A stretch of DNA of 64,000 bases, from the NCBI GenBank assembly GCA_963810095.1, contig CAWEMM010000006.1, positions 1,664,001-1,728,000 of the forward strand, given 5' to 3'. The notes under the pieces were generated by a model. The model worked only from the letters and a program-made list of their open reading frames with translations. It was not told the origin of the DNA and searched no databases. A program made the position numbers and the translations under genes. How positions within the stretch are numbered: position 1 is the first letter of the stretch; each line of letters starts with the position of its first letter. Source of the DNA: an uncultured Chloroflexia bacterium (GTDB taxonomy: Bacteria; Chloroflexota; Anaerolineae; CG2-30-64-16). This document shows positions 1 through 11,756 of this stretch, piece after piece.

Positions 1-462
1 GCCCGTCTTGAGATCGATGGCGTCCGAGCCGGCCTCGGTCTTCCAACCGTCCGTGTCATAACAGATCTGCGGGGAGTGGAAACTCTTCGACTTGCGGCTG
101 CCGATCAGGCTGAGCCAAACAAAGCGGCCGTCTGGCAAGCCGGTACATTCGCTGCACGTACTGCTCCGGCTCCAGCAGGATGAACACCTCGATGTTCGAC
201 TGCGGCACATCCTCGCCCTGCCAATCGCCCAACTGAAGCGGAATCTGCTTCAAGTCCGCCGCAAGGTTGAAGTTGAAGGGCGAGGTGACGGCCCGCTCGC
301 GGTCCGTACGCTGCCAGTTATCGACATCCGCGACGAACTCGTAGCCGACGCGGCAGAGCCGCCCTTGAGCTGGCATCGCGGAAGATGAGTGCCGGCCGCG
401 GCCACGACGGCAACAACGAGGACGACAATGACTAGAAGATATCTTCTCTGATCTCGCGACAT
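1..462 (-). CDS. epsI: Exosortase-associated EpsI family protein (frameshifted, runs off the window)
   Basis: N-terminal hydrophobic anchor (ORF 250..462) continues in ORF 56..376 with IPLQLGDWQGED, then in a third frame with SFHSPQICY..DGW (HxPxxC motif). Overlaps the exosortase stop. Confidence 0.75.
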
Positions 463-1278
463 CCTAACAACCGGCTGAACAAGAATAAGAGCGCCAGGGC
501 GCTCAGGAAGAAGACGATGCCCGAATAGTCATGATAATACTTGAACCCGGCGTCGGCGCCCCAAACATACGCGACCCCCAGGAGCGATGCGACCCGCAGC
601 ACGTTGCCGAACGCGGCGATCACGATGCTGCTGAGGGCCAGCAGCGCCTTGTTCGGCCAGGGGCCCCGCAAGACGAAGACGACAATGCCGACCAGGGTAA
701 ACAGCGTGACGATCGAGCGCAGGCCGCTGCACTGCGCGCCGACGACAAGCTGCGCGTTGGGCAGGCTCACCTGCGCGCCGTTTACTTCGATGGGCACGCC
801 GAACAGCCGAACGAGCCGCGGCCGAAATCGCGCCCGGTGACCTGGGCCAAGCGGCACGCTGAGCGGCTCGACGAACGGCAGCGGAACCATGAACACCAGG
901 AACAGCAGCGGAAAGGCCATGCGCCTCAGCACCGCCGTGCCAAATAGCGCCCACACGAGCCCCGCCAGCATGGCGATCATGGCGAGCGACGCGACAAAGT
1001 AAGCCGCGCTGCACGAGCGCGAACAGATAGACGACCAGCGCCGGCCAGGGCGACGACAAGGCCCGTGGTTGCCGGGCTCAAGCCGGCGCTGCTCCGGCGG
1101 CCAACTGCGCCACAGCCGCCAAGCGACAAGCGCCGGATATCATGGGGACGAGCGGGCCGTGCGAGTAGTAATCGTTGCCGAGCCACTCGCCGACGAGCCA
1201 GCGCAGCGTGGGATAAAAAAGCGCCAGCAGCAGCAGGCCAATCACCGCTGCGCCGCCGATACGGGCGTTACGGCTCAT
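432..1278 (-). CDS. Exosortase/archaeosortase family transpeptidase (frameshifted)
   Basis: N-terminal W..NDYYSHGPLVP, then FPLLFLVFMVPLP. Catalytic triad motifs AQCSGLRS, GNVLR and YYHD. ATG at 1278; pieces in ORFs 1078..1359 and 432..980. Confidence 0.9.
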
Positions 1279-1349
1279 GATCTGAGTCGGGTCCTCGGGG
1301 CGTCGGTTGGGTTGAAACACGATGGCGAAGCGCCGAAGACCCGATCGCG

Positions 1350-1378
1350 AGTGTAACAAAAAGGATATCGGGCGTCAA
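1350..1378 (-). promoter_or_regulatory. Sigma70-type promoter for exosortase-epsI
   Basis: TTGACG-17 nt-TACACT with extended -10 TG on the minus strand. Confidence 0.55.
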
Positions 1379-1439
1379 ATGGTTCGGTTTGCGTGGTAGA
1401 ATCAAGGGTGCTCGAACCGGTCAATGACGAGGAGGAACC

Positions 1440-1862
1440 ATGGCAGATGGCTGCATCTTTTGCCTCATTGCGGCGGGGCATGCGCCCGCCAGCATCGTCG
1501 CGGAGACGCCCGAGGCGGTGGCGTTCATGGACATCAACCAGCCCACGGACGGGCACGTATTGATCATCCCCCGGGAACATATCCAGGATATCTATGACAT
1601 GGACGCGGACACGACGGCTGCGGTGTTTGAACTGGCCGTGGACGTGGCGAAAGCGGTGAAGCGGGCGCTGGGCTGCGATGGGCTGAACCTGCTGCAGGCC
1701 AACGAGCGGGCCGGCCAGCAGGAGGTATTTCATTTTCACGTCCACGTCATCGCGCGTTACGACGGCGACCGCGATCGCATTCGTTTCGGGTGGCAGCAGA
1801 CCCGCCCGCCGCGGGCTGAGCTGGACCGGCTGGCCGAGGCGATCGGCCAGAAGATGCGGTAG
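1440..1862 (+). CDS. HIT family nucleotide hydrolase
   Basis: CIFC N-terminus, GHVLIIP, histidine triad HFHVH; GAGGAGG RBS. Confidence 0.95.
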   Translation: MADGCIFCLIAAGHAPASIVAETPEAVAFMDINQPTDGHVLIIPREHIQDIYDMDADTTAAVFELAVDVAKAVKRALGCDGLNLLQANERAGQQEVFHFHVHVIARYDGDRDRIRFGWQQTRPPRAELDRLAEAIGQKMR

Positions 1863-2033
1863 CGGCTGGGCGCGCGGGTCAAGCTGGTGCTGCGGAAACA
1901 CAAGCGCGAGGACGTGCGCACGTGGGTTTACGGTTTCGGGTATGTCTTGGACCGTTCGCCTCGCTCCCGAGGGAACTGAGCCCCGGCTCGGGGCCCGCGG
2001 GAGAGAGGAGTCGAGCAACCGGAGGAGGCAACA

Positions 2034-2649
2034 ATGGAGTCTATCCCTCTCTCGCTGGCCCTCTTCGATTTCGTCCCGCCGCTGGCTTTCCTGATCGGCG
2101 CATACTACCTCGTCAAGATCAGCTTCATCTGCCGCGGCAGCCGCACCGCGCGGATGGTCATGGCGGGCACGCTGCTGGTCTTTCTGAGCGGCTTTCTCAA
2201 GGCGACCTGGAAACTCCTGTACGCGACCGGCACGGCCGACGTCCAGTGGATGAGCCAGGGCCAGTTCGTCCTCTCGGCGATTGGCTTCCTCGCCATGGCA
2301 GTCGCCGTTATCCTGATGGCGCCGCCGGCGACGCAAGCCCGAACCGGGCCCCGTCGTGCTCTCGATGGCGATGTGGAAGATTCCCTTCCTGTTCGTCATG
2401 ACGGTTGCCAGCCTCGCGGCCGAGGGCATCCTCGCCTATGTCGCGTTTCAGCGCAAGGCGTGGTGGGCAGCGGCAGGCTTTGTGGTTGGCGTCCTCGGCA
2501 TCCTCGCCATGGGCGCGCTGGCAGGCGGCGAGCAGACGCTTCCCATACAGTGGGTCCAAGAAGGCACCAACGCGGTGGGCCAGTTGGGGTTCATGTTCGG
2601 GAGCATCCTGCTTTACCAGGATTTCAAGCGCGTGCCGGGCGAGTGCTAA
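2034..2649 (+). CDS. Multi-pass membrane protein of unknown function (frameshift near 2340)
   Basis: GGAGG RBS. Hydrophobic helices in the N-half of ORF 2034.. continue in ORF 2356..2649. Confidence 0.65.
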
Positions 2650-2723
2650 GGGCGCCTAACAAAACCCGTGTAGGCAAAGCATCCCTCATCTCGGGGATTG
2701 TTGATTTCCGGCTGCCTTCATCG

Positions 2724-2759
2724 GTAGGGGCGAGGCACCCGAGAGTGCCTCGCCCTTAC
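2724..2759. repeat. GTAG-type REP-like palindrome
   Basis: GTAGGGGCGAGGCAC-ccgaga-GTGCCTCGCCCTTAC between convergent genes. Confidence 0.6.
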
Positions 2760-2908
2760 GCGAGCGGGTTATGTTAGGCGCACTAAGTGGAAGGCTTCCG
2801 TGCAAGCCGGCGCTGTCCCTGCATCCCCGCTTCGCGTCACTGATCCTCGACCTGGCCGGCCGCATAAGCTGCGCCGGCCAGACCGCATGATCGCCGCAGA
2901 GGGATAGA

Positions 2909-4169
2909 CTACGGCTTGGAACCCTTCGCCCGGGCCTTGACTTCGTCGCGCCAGTGGTCGACGCGCCGGCGCATGCGGCCGCGCCAGTCCTCCTTGCCGA
3001 CGGGGCCCATGACCCAGTTGTAGGCATGGCGCTCGCTGCGCAAAACGCGGGACCGGCCCCCGGCAAAGAACAGGTCGATCTTCGCGATCAGGCGGTCCAG
3101 CCAGGTGCGGGTGGTTGGCTGGACCGGCAGGCCCCATTCGACCGCAGCCGCCGCCCACGTCAGTCCTGCGCCAAAGCCGACCAGTACAAGCTTGTCGCCG
3201 GGGCGCACCTTGCCCAGCGCGACGGCCTCGGTCAGCGCGATCGGGATGGAGGCAGCAGACGTGTTGCCATACCGCTCGAGGTTGACGAAGAACTTGTCCA
3301 TGGGCAGGCCGAGCCGCTTGGCTGCCGACTCGATGATGCGCGTGTTTGCCTGGTGGGGGATGATCAGCTTCACGTCCGCCATCTGCCAGCCCGCTTTTTT
3401 GACGACGTTCTCCGTCGCCCGGGGCATGACGGTCGTGGCAAAACGGAACACCTCGCGGCCGTTCATCTTGACGAAATGGCCGCCGTTACTGACGGTGTCC
3501 ACGCTCGCTGGGAGTATGGCTGCCGCCGGCAGGCACGATGAGGAGCTCGCCGCCCGAGCCGTCGCTGCCCAACTCGGTGGCCAGAACCCCGCACCGGTCG
3601 GTGCAGGCGCTGACGACGACGGCGCCCGCGCCGTCACCGAAGAGGACGCAAGTGTTGCGGTCGGTCCAGTCCACGATGCGCGAGAGCGTTTCCGCACCGA
3701 TCACGAGCACGTTGTCGGCCATGCCGCTGATCACATAGCCCTGTGCGATGTTGAGGCCGTAGAGAAAACCGGAGCAGCCGGCGCTCAGGTCGAAGGCGCC
3801 GGCCGAGGCCGCACCGAGAGCGTCTTGGACGACGCTGGCCGTCGAGGGGAACGCGTACTCGGGGGTAACGGTGGCGACGATGATCAGGTCGAGCCGCGAC
3901 GGGGGCAGGCCGGCCACCATGAGCGCGTCGCGGGCGGCCCGTGTGGCGAGCAGCGCGGTCGTTTCGCGCTCGTTCGACACAACGTGGCGCTCTTTGATTC
4001 CCGTCATGCGGGTGATCCAGTCATCGCTGGTGTCGACGACGCGTGCCAGCGCGTCGTTCGTCAGCACCTTCTCCGGGACGTAGCTGCCCCAGCCGGTGAT
4101 CTGTGCGTAACGGCCGCCTCCGTTATGACGGCCGTTACCGTTTCGTAGCGTCCCGTTTTCCTCACTCAT
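2909..4169 (-). CDS. fabH: 3-oxoacyl-ACP synthase III (frameshift near 3520)
   Basis: [37 protein letters not shown] across ORFs 3486..4169 and 2909..3697. Confidence 0.95.
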
Positions 4170-5417
4170 TCAACCCGCCCGAACACGACCGTCCCGTTGT
4201 GCCCGCCGAACCCAAAGGAATTCGACATGGCAACGTTGACTGTCGCGTGGCGGGCCTGGTTGGGCACGTAGTCGAGATCGCAGGCTGGATCCGGCGTCTC
4301 GAGGTTGATGGTAGGCGGCAGGATGCCGTCGCGCATGGCGAGAAGGCAGAAAGCGGCTTCGATCGCGCCTGCCGACCCCATCAGGTGGCCGGTCATGCTC
4401 TTCGTAGAGCTGACCGCCAGGCGATAGGCATGTTCCCCGAATACGATCTTGATCGCGCGCGTCTCGCCCCAGTCGCCCAGGGGCGTGCTGGTCCCGTGTG
4501 CGTTGATGTAGTCCACGGCCGACGGCTCGAGCTGCGCGTCGTCCAGCGCGGCCTGCATGCACTCGGACGCGCCGATGCCATCTTCTGCGGGCGCGGTGAT
4601 GTGATGCGCGTCGGCGGTGTTGCCATAGCCGATCAATTCGCCGTAGATGTGTGCGCCCCGCGCCCGGGCATGGCTTAGGCGTTCGAGCAGGAGCACGCCG
4701 GCGCCCTCTGCCATGACAAACCCATCACGATGCAAATCGAACGGCCGGCTCGCGGCCTGGGGGTTGTCGTTGCGCATGCTCAACGCCTGCATGTTCTCGA
4801 ACCCGGCCAGGGCCATCGGGATGATCGCGGCTTCCGTCCCGCCCGCAATCATGACGTCGGCCCGGCCGCGGCGGATGATTTCCGCGGCTTCGCCGATCGC
4901 GTGGCTGCCCGTCGCGCAGGCGGTGGCGAGCGCCAGGTTGGGACCGCGGCAGGCCCAACATGATGCTGATCTGGGCCGTCGCGCTGTTAAGCATGAGCGC
5001 AGGGACGGCAAACGGGCTGACGCGCCGCGGGCCCCGTTCTGTCAGCGCGAGCTGGCCTTCGAGGATGCTGTGCACCCCACCAATGCCCGACCCGATGACG
5101 GCGCCCACCCTGCGCGGGTCACATGCCTGGACGTCGAGGCAGGCGTCGCCCAGCGCCTCTTTTGTCGCGGCGACTGCGAAGTGGAGGAAACGATCCATCC
5201 GCCGCGCCATTTGCTTGTCCATGTGCTGCGTAGGCTCGAAATCCTTGACCTCCGCAGCAAAGTGCACCCGGAAGATGGACGTGTCGAACTGGGTGAGCGG
5301 GCCCACACCCGACCGGCCATTCTGAATGGCCGACCATGCTGTGGGTACGTCATTGCCAACGGGGGTGACCAGTCCGAGGCCCGTAACGACCACGCGCTGG
5401 GAATCTATACGACTCAA
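4166..5417 (-). CDS. fabF: 3-oxoacyl-ACP synthase II (frameshift near 4955)
   Basis: [39 protein letters not shown]; TTG start at 5417 after GGAGG. Confidence 0.95.
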
Positions 5418-5642
5418 GAGAACCTCCGAGAATCTGCGGGCTACCGGCTCATACGAGTTTTGGACGACAGGCAGAGCGCCACTCATTATAGACGAGGTTT
5501 GGACAGGACCGCACCATTGCTATTAACACGGTCGCGCGGGTAAGGACGCGCTGCGGGAATCTACGTCGCACCATTCCGAGTGCTGGCCGTAGAAGGAGAT
5601 GGGGCCGTCGTGCCCGGACGGCCCTGAAGGCTGCCTGTTGCG

Positions 5643-6689
5643 CTAGCGCAGACTGTCGAGCACAAACTGTCCGTAGTGGGTGGGGGTCGTCATGCCCTTA
5701 TCATACATGGGAGGCTCCCACTCGTCGTCGTACCAGCAGGCCACCCAGCCGATGCCGTGTTCGGCCGCGTAGGCCAGGAGCGGCGCGCCATAAGACGCTG
5801 CCTTTCCGCGCAGGTAGTCGGGTCCGGCCGCCCCGTTTTCGTCCATGAAGCCCCATTCCGTGAGCAGCACCGGGTGCAGCTGGGACAGGCGGCCGAACCA
5901 GTCGTCCCACCCGCTTTGCCGGTGGGCAGGATAGATGTGGGCGGCGTAGGCAACCTGGGCGTCTGAGAGCGGCGCATCGACAAAGCCGGACGGGTCGCGC
6001 GACCACTCCACCCCACCGACGATGACGACCTGCGACGCCCCGGTCGAGCGCACAGTCTGCACAACGTCTTCGGCGTGCCTGCGCCAGTCTGGGCCCGAAA
6101 TCTGCGCGGGCTCGTTCCAAATCTCAAACAGGACGTGCGGCGCGGGCTTGAAATAGGCGGCTACCTGCTGCCAGAACGTCCGCGTCAGGTCCTGAGGTTG
6201 CTCCTTGATGTCGGGCATGTTCTCTCCCTCGCCCGTCTCGATGCTACCGATGTAGTGCCAATCAAGGATGACGTACATGCCCAGCTCGCCCGCCCAAGTC
6301 ACGATTGGGTCCAGATGCCGCCAAAGATAGTCTGGGTCGTGAACCCACCGTTCGGGGTGTATGGGCACCCGGATGACGTTCGCACCCGCCGCAGCCTGCC
6401 GCTCGTAGAACGCACGGTTGAACCGCCTGTCTTCGGCCAGCCGCGCCGGATCAGGGGACATGAGCCCGCGCAGGATGACGACTTGACCGTCGGGCGTGAC
6501 GAGGGAGTTGCCTTGGACGCGTAGCGGCAGCGGCGCGTTCGCAGCCGTGCCGGTCCAGGCTGGCGTATGCGTGACAGGCGGGCGAAAGCTCAGCGCGCCA
6601 AAACGTGACCCAACGATACCGATCACGACGCACGCGAGCAGAATGACAGTAAGCGCAATGGCCAGACGACGGAGGTACCGGCGCTGCAT
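5643..6689 (-). CDS. Glycoside hydrolase family 5 (cellulase family), N-terminally anchored or secreted
   Basis: NVIRVP, ILDWH, FEIWNEP acid/base motif, HIY, LTEWG nucleophile motif; AAGGAG RBS before ATG 6689; N-terminal hydrophobic segment. Confidence 0.9.
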   Translation of the reverse strand: MQRRYLRRLAIALTVILLACVVIGIVGSRFGALSFRPPVTHTPAWTGTAANAPLPLRVQGNSLVTPDGQVVILRGLMSPDPARLAEDRRFNRAFYERQAAAGANVIRVPIHPERWVHDPDYLWRHLDPIVTWAGELGMYVILDWHYIGSIETGEGENMPDIKEQPQDLTRTFWQQVAAYFKPAPHVLFEIWNEPAQISGPDWRRHAEDVVQTVRSTGASQVVIVGGVEWSRDPSGFVDAPLSDAQVAYAAHIYPAHRQSGWDDWFGRLSQLHPVLLTEWGFMDENGAAGPDYLRGKAASYGAPLLAYAAEHGIGWVACWYDDEWEPPMYDKGMTTPTHYGQFVLDSLR

Positions 6690-6880
6690 GGTTGTTCTCT
6701 CCTTGGCAGATGACCCTGCCTCATTTACGCAGATGTCCGGCGCAGGGTTGTGGCGCCATGGTAGCGTGCAGTTCTTCATGCCCCTCGTTTTCTCCTGATT
6801 GCCATTTGGACGCGTCCTATTTGCACGCCCGCATCCTTTGCCGTACCATACTCGCACACGTTGCACCCTGAGGTCATTGA

Positions 6881-7756
6881 ATGAAAATCACGAAAGCCGT
6901 GATCACGGCGGCGAGTCCCAGCCAGCGCTCCCTGCCTCTGCAAACCCTGGTCGACCGAGACGGCGTTCAGAAGTCCGTTCTCCGCATCATCCTGGAAGAG
7001 GCGCAGCGGGCGGGCATCGACGATATTTGCGTCGTCGTCAGCCCCGGCGACGAAGCGTTGTACCGCGAGTCAGCCGGCGACGTCGCGGCCCGCTTGATGT
7101 TTGTCGCTCAGTCACAGCCGCTGGGTTACGCAGACGCGATCCTGCGCGCCCGCCCGTTCACCGGCGACGAACCCTTCTTGCACATGGTCGGGGACCATCT
7201 GTGGGTCAGCGCGACGCGCGAGGGGTGTGCACAGCAACTGGTGGCCGTCGCGGAGCGCGAGGCGTGCGCGGTCAGCGCAGTCCAGGCCTCGCGCGAGACG
7301 CTTTTGCCGTACTATGGCGCGGTGGGTGGGCGCCGGGTGCCGGGACGGCAGGACCTTTACCTCGTCGAAGAGGTGATGGAGAAGCCGACTCCGACCGAGG
7401 CCGAGCAGCGCCTACTGGTCCCGGGGCTGCGCGCCGGTCACTACCTGTGTTTCTTCGGTATGCACGTCCTTACCCCCGCGATCATGGTTGTGCTGGCCGA
7501 GTCTCTGGAACAGGAAGGCCGGGGGGGCAATCTCTCGCAGGGGTTGGCCGCGCTGGCACGGCGCGAGCGGTGCCTGGCCCTCGAACGGTCGTGGTTCCGC
7601 TACGACGTGGGCGCGCAGTACGGCCTGCTAACCGCCCAACTCGCCCTGGCCCTGTCGGGCCGCGATCGCGACCTGGTGCTCTCGCAGCTCGTGGAGCTGC
7701 TGGCCCACCGCGAGATGGCGCATTCTACGATGCGGATCGAGCGGGAGGCGGTGTGA
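6881..7756 (+). CDS. GalU-like sugar-phosphate nucleotidyltransferase family protein
   Basis: [11 protein letters not shown] start, [31 protein letters not shown]. Confidence 0.8.
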   Translation: MKITKAVITAASPSQRSLPLQTLVDRDGVQKSVLRIILEEAQRAGIDDICVVVSPGDEALYRESAGDVAARLMFVAQSQPLGYADAILRARPFTGDEPFLHMVGDHLWVSATREGCAQQLVAVAEREACAVSAVQASRETLLPYYGAVGGRRVPGRQDLYLVEEVMEKPTPTEAEQRLLVPGLRAGHYLCFFGMHVLTPAIMVVLAESLEQEGRGGNLSQGLAALARRERCLALERSWFRYDVGAQYGLLTAQLALALSGRDRDLVLSQLVELLAHREMAHSTMRIEREAV

Positions 7757-10700
7757 CGGGTCACCTGGTCGGGATCATTACCGCCGTAGACCGCAGCCAG
7801 CGCAACGCGTCGGTGGACGCGTGGGCGCGCGGCGCAAGCGTGGAGCAGCTGCTGGCGGAATGCGCGGATCTGGATGCTTTCCGGCGCACCAGCGGCAACC
7901 TCTACGAGCGCGTGCGGGCGCTGTTCTTCCTGTACGATCTTCATCGCTTTCACTTGCCCCAGAAGCCCGGCGTTGCGCAGCGAGGGTTTGTGCCTTTCGA
8001 CGGCTATAGCTACCTGCTGACCCGCCGTTTTGAAGAGGCGATCGATGTGTTCCTGCGCGAGCAGGTGGTGCAGGGCCCCAACCAGTCTGTCTCGAGCGCG
8101 CTGGCGGCAGCCTATCACCGGCTCGCGTTCCAGACGCTGGCAGACCAGGTACGGCGCAGCGTCCGCTCGGTGCGGGGGAACCAGTGGATGTTCCGCCTCG
8201 GCCACCCGGCCGACCAGCCTTTGCGCGTGCGGCGCGAGCTGCTGACGCGGCCTGCGCCCGACGCGCCGTACCCGATCTTCCGCGAGACCACGCCCGTGCG
8301 AATGGACCTCTCGCACAGCGCCTGGAGCGACATCTTCTTCCTGGGCATGGACTTTCCTGAGGGTGCCCGGGTTTTGAACATCTCGATCGATCTCGGTGTG
8401 CGGGGGCGCGACGCGGCGCCCCGGCCGCCCGTCGAGGCGTATTTGCGGGTGATCGACGAGCCGGTGCTGCGGCTCGCCAGCGTCGATCTGGCCACACGTG
8501 CGGACATTACCAGCCTTGCGGAAGTGTTCGACTTTGCGCGCGACTACCTGGGCTTGCTGAAGGCAGCGTTGATTGCGTCGGGCCTGGTGCCGCCGGGGAT
8601 GGAGGGCTCGGAGGAGCGCCTTTCCGACCTGCTCGCGCAGCTTGTCGGCCCGGGCCGCGGGCTCGAGTTGGTGAGTAACGTGAATGGGATCCCGAAAGGG
8701 TCGCGGCTTGCAGTTTCGACGAGTCTTCTCGCCTGCCTGATCGCATGCTGCATGCGAGCAACGGGGCAGGCGCGTGCGCTCACGGGGCAGCTTGCCGAGC
8801 CGGAACGGCGGCTGGTGGCGGCCCGCGCGATCCTGGGCGAGTGGCTGGCCGGGTCGGGCGGTGGTTGGCAGGATTCGGGCGGCGTTTGGCCGGGCATCAA
8901 GCTGATCTCGGGCGCGCTCGCCGGGGAGGGCGACCCGGAGTACGGGATTAGCCGCGGCCGGTTGCTGCCGGTTCACCGCATTTTCGGCGCGGACGAAGTT
9001 TCGCCGCAGACGCGGCGGAGCCTGCAGGACAGCCTGGTTCTCGTGCACGGCGGCATGGCTCAGAACGTCGGGCCGATCCTGGAGATGGTGACCGAGAAGT
9101 ACTTGCTGCGATCTGAAGCCGAATGGGCCGGCCGCCAGGAAGCCTGCCGCGTCCTCGACCAGGTGGTCGATGCGCTGCGGAACGGCGACGTGCCTCGGAT
9201 TGGAACGGTAACCACCCGCAACTTCACGGGTCCGATCCAGACCATCATTCCCTGGGCCAGCAACCTCTACACCGAGCGCCTCATCGCCCGCGTGCGTGCC
9301 GAATACGGCGAGCGCTTCTGGGGATTCTGGATGCTGGGCGGCATGTCGGGCGGGGGCATGGGGTTCATTTTCGATCCTGTCGTCCGGGCTGCGGCGCAGG
9401 GGCGGATGCAGCAGATCATGTCGCAGGCCAAGGCCGAGTTGGAGCCGGCTCTGCCGTTCGCCATGGACCCAGTCGTCTACGACTTTGCTATCAACGAACG
9501 CGGCACGTGGAGCACATTGTTGGGCAGCGGCGAGACGGTTGGCGGGCGGGGTGTGCCCTTGATGCCGGCCGGTTATTATGCCATGGTCGTGCCCGAGCTG
9601 GTCCGGCTCGACCGGCGGCAGCTGCCGGCCTCCCGGCGTGCGGAGCTCAACCTGTTTGCCTCGGCCGCTCGGACGGCGCCCGAGCTTGGGGGCATGGTCC
9701 AGACGCTGTTCGACCGGCTGCTGCCCTCACCCGTGCGCGGAGATGGCGGCAGCGGGGCCGGCACGCTCGAGACGCTGTTGGCAGAGCACGGCTTCGATCC
9801 CATACAGCACGAGCAGATTCGCAGCGACTTACGGGCTGGGCGGCTGGGGCTGGCGCAGAACCGGCTGCCGGCCAACAGCGACATCCGTGACGTGCATACC
9901 GGCGGGGCCGCCGGCGACGTTTTCGACGCGAGCGAAAGCCTGGACGTCCTGGCCGCGTATCGGCAGGCCGGGCTGGAAGCTCTGGCGGCCGGGGCCGTTG
10001 CCGTGGTCAGCCTGGCCGGCGGGGTCGGCACGCGCTGGACGCAGGGCGCGGGGGTGGTCAAGGCGCTGCATCCCTTCTGCCGGCTGGGCGGGCAGCACCG
10101 GTCATTCATCGAGGTGCACCTGGCAAAGAGCAGCCGGGTGGGGCGCCTGGTTGGCGCGGCCTTGCCCCACGTGGTGACGACCAGCTACCTGACCCACGAT
10201 CGCATTGCGGAGTATCTGGCCCGGGAGGGCAACTACGGCTACCGCGGCCCCCTGTACCTGTCGCCTGGCCGGGCGATCGGGCTGCGCATGGTGCCTATGG
10301 CGCGGGACCTGCGCTTCGCCTGGGAAGAGATGCCGCAGCAAGTGCTGGACGAGCAGGCGCAGAAAGTACGTGAAAGCCTGCACGCGGCCCTGATCGGGTG
10401 GGCAGTGGCGACGGGTGAGGGCAGCGACTACATCGACAACCTGCCCCTGCAGTGCCTGCACCCGGTGGGCCACTGGTACGAGGTGCCGAACCTGTTCAAG
10501 AACGGCGTGCTGGCGGCGTTGCTGCGCGACCAGCCCCGGCTGCAATACTTGATGGTGCACAACATCGACGCGCTGGGCACAGACGCCGACCCGGGCGTGC
10601 TGGGTTGGGTGATGCAGGGCGGCGCGGCATTCACCGCGGAAGTGATCACACGCAGCATCGAGGATCGCGGTGGCGGGCTGGCGCGGGTGGACGGCCGGCC

Positions 10701-11145
10701 GCGCCTCGTCGAGGGGCTGGCGATGCCCCGTGAAGAGGACGAGTTCGGGCTCTCGTACTACAATTCGAACACCAGCTGGCTGCACATCGACAGCCTCCTT
10801 GGGGTGTTTGAGCTGACGCGGGAGATCATCCTGGCCGGGTGCGATGGCGATCCGGCCGCAGGTGACGCCATTACGGCGAGCATCCGGCGGGTGGCGGCAC
10901 GCATGCCGACGTATATTACCCTTAAGGACGTGAAAAAGCGTTGGGGCCACGGGCAGGAGGACGTCTACCCGGTGGCCCAGTTCGAGAAGCTGTGGGGCGA
11001 TATGACGGGGCTGGGCGAACTGACCAGCCGTTTTATCGCCGTTCCGCGCATGCGCGGCCAGAACCTGAAGGACCAGGCCCAACTGGATGGGTGGCTCCGT
11101 GACGGTTCAGCAGCCTACGTCGAGGCCCTCTGCGCATGGCGCTGA
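7753..11145 (+). CDS. Fusion of a GHMP-family sugar kinase and a UDP-sugar pyrophosphorylase (UDPGP/UAP-like)
   Basis: GTG start overlaps upstream TGA (GTGA). Kinase part: [29 protein letters not shown]-terminal part: [38 protein letters not shown]. Confidence 0.8.
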   Translation: MTGHLVGIITAVDRSQRNASVDAWARGASVEQLLAECADLDAFRRTSGNLYERVRALFFLYDLHRFHLPQKPGVAQRGFVPFDGYSYLLTRRFEEAIDVFLREQVVQGPNQSVSSALAAAYHRLAFQTLADQVRRSVRSVRGNQWMFRLGHPADQPLRVRRELLTRPAPDAPYPIFRETTPVRMDLSHSAWSDIFFLGMDFPEGARVLNISIDLGVRGRDAAPRPPVEAYLRVIDEPVLRLASVDLATRADITSLAEVFDFARDYLGLLKAALIASGLVPPGMEGSEERLSDLLAQLVGPGRGLELVSNVNGIPKGSRLAVSTSLLACLIACCMRATGQARALTGQLAEPERRLVAARAILGEWLAGSGGGWQDSGGVWPGIKLISGALAGEGDPEYGISRGRLLPVHRIFGADEVSPQTRRSLQDSLVLVHGGMAQNVGPILEMVTEKYLLRSEAEWAGRQEACRVLDQVVDALRNGDVPRIGTVTTRNFTGPIQTIIPWASNLYTERLIARVRAEYGERFWGFWMLGGMSGGGMGFIFDPVVRAAAQGRMQQIMSQAKAELEPALPFAMDPVVYDFAINERGTWSTLLGSGETVGGRGVPLMPAGYYAMVVPELVRLDRRQLPASRRAELNLFASAARTAPELGGMVQTLFDRLLPSPVRGDGGSGAGTLETLLAEHGFDPIQHEQIRSDLRAGRLGLAQNRLPANSDIRDVHTGGAAGDVFDASESLDVLAAYRQAGLEALAAGAVAVVSLAGGVGTRWTQGAGVVKALHPFCRLGGQHRSFIEVHLAKSSRVGRLVGAALPHVVTTSYLTHDRIAEYLAREGNYGYRGPLYLSPGRAIGLRMVPMARDLRFAWEEMPQQVLDEQAQKVRESLHAALIGWAVATGEGSDYIDNLPLQCLHPVGHWYEVPNLFKNGVLAALLRDQPRLQYLMVHNIDALGTDADPGVLGWVMQGGAAFTAEVITRSIEDRGGGLARVDGRPRLVEGLAMPREEDEFGLSYYNSNTSWLHIDSLLGVFELTREIILAGCDGDPAAGDAITASIRRVAARMPTYITLKDVKKRWGHGQEDVYPVAQFEKLWGDMTGLGELTSRFIAVPRMRGQNLKDQAQLDGWLRDGSAAYVEALCAWR

Positions 11146-11186
11146 GAGGGCGTCAGGTCGATTTGTCATTGGAGGCATGAACGCAG

Positions 11187-11740
11187 ATGTTCATACTTCT
11201 CACGGGAAAAGGCGGCTGCGGCAAGACCACGGCCTGTTGGAAGGCGCTGCCGGGCCTGCGCAGCAGCGGGGTCAAGATGGCGGGTTTTATCTCGCCCCCG
11301 CTGCTTGACGCCGGCGGCCGGAAGTCCGGCATCGAGATGCTGAACCTGGCGACGGGCGAGCATCACACCTTTGCCCGCATTGTCAGCCGCGACGAGAACC
11401 CCGACGTGGGGGTCTACCGGCTCGAGGGCGACGCGATTGACTGGGCGCGGGGGGTGCTCGCCGCCGCGCTGTTTTCGGATATCGACCTGCTCGTCATCGA
11501 CGAGATCGGGCCGTTGGAGCTGCACCGGGGGGCGGCTTCGCGTTTGCGATCGAGCCGTTGGCCGACCCCGAGCGCATCCCGAACGCCATCGTCATTGTGC
11601 GCCGTGAGCTCGTCGACGAGCTGTCTGAGCGCCTGGGCCGGCCAGACATGGTGCGGGTCGAGGTGACTGAGGATGCGCGCGGCCAGACGCCCGCCCGGCT
11701 CGTCAAGCTGATTCAGGAAGCGCGGAACCGGGCCGGATGA
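11187..11740 (+). CDS. P-loop nucleoside-triphosphatase (THEP1/NTPase_1-like; frameshift near 11530)
   Basis: LTGKGGCGKTT Walker A, AGFIS, LLVIDEIGPLEL; tail IVIVRRELVDEL in ORF 11558..11740. Confidence 0.85.
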
Positions 11741-11756
11741 GCGCTCGGGGGAGAGC

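Noticed and set aside
6799-7752. N-terminal 318 aa of the 1448-aa ORF
   Set aside because: Arg/Pro/Gly-rich off-frame read-through over the GalU-like gene. The real start is the GTG at 7753 that overlaps its stop.
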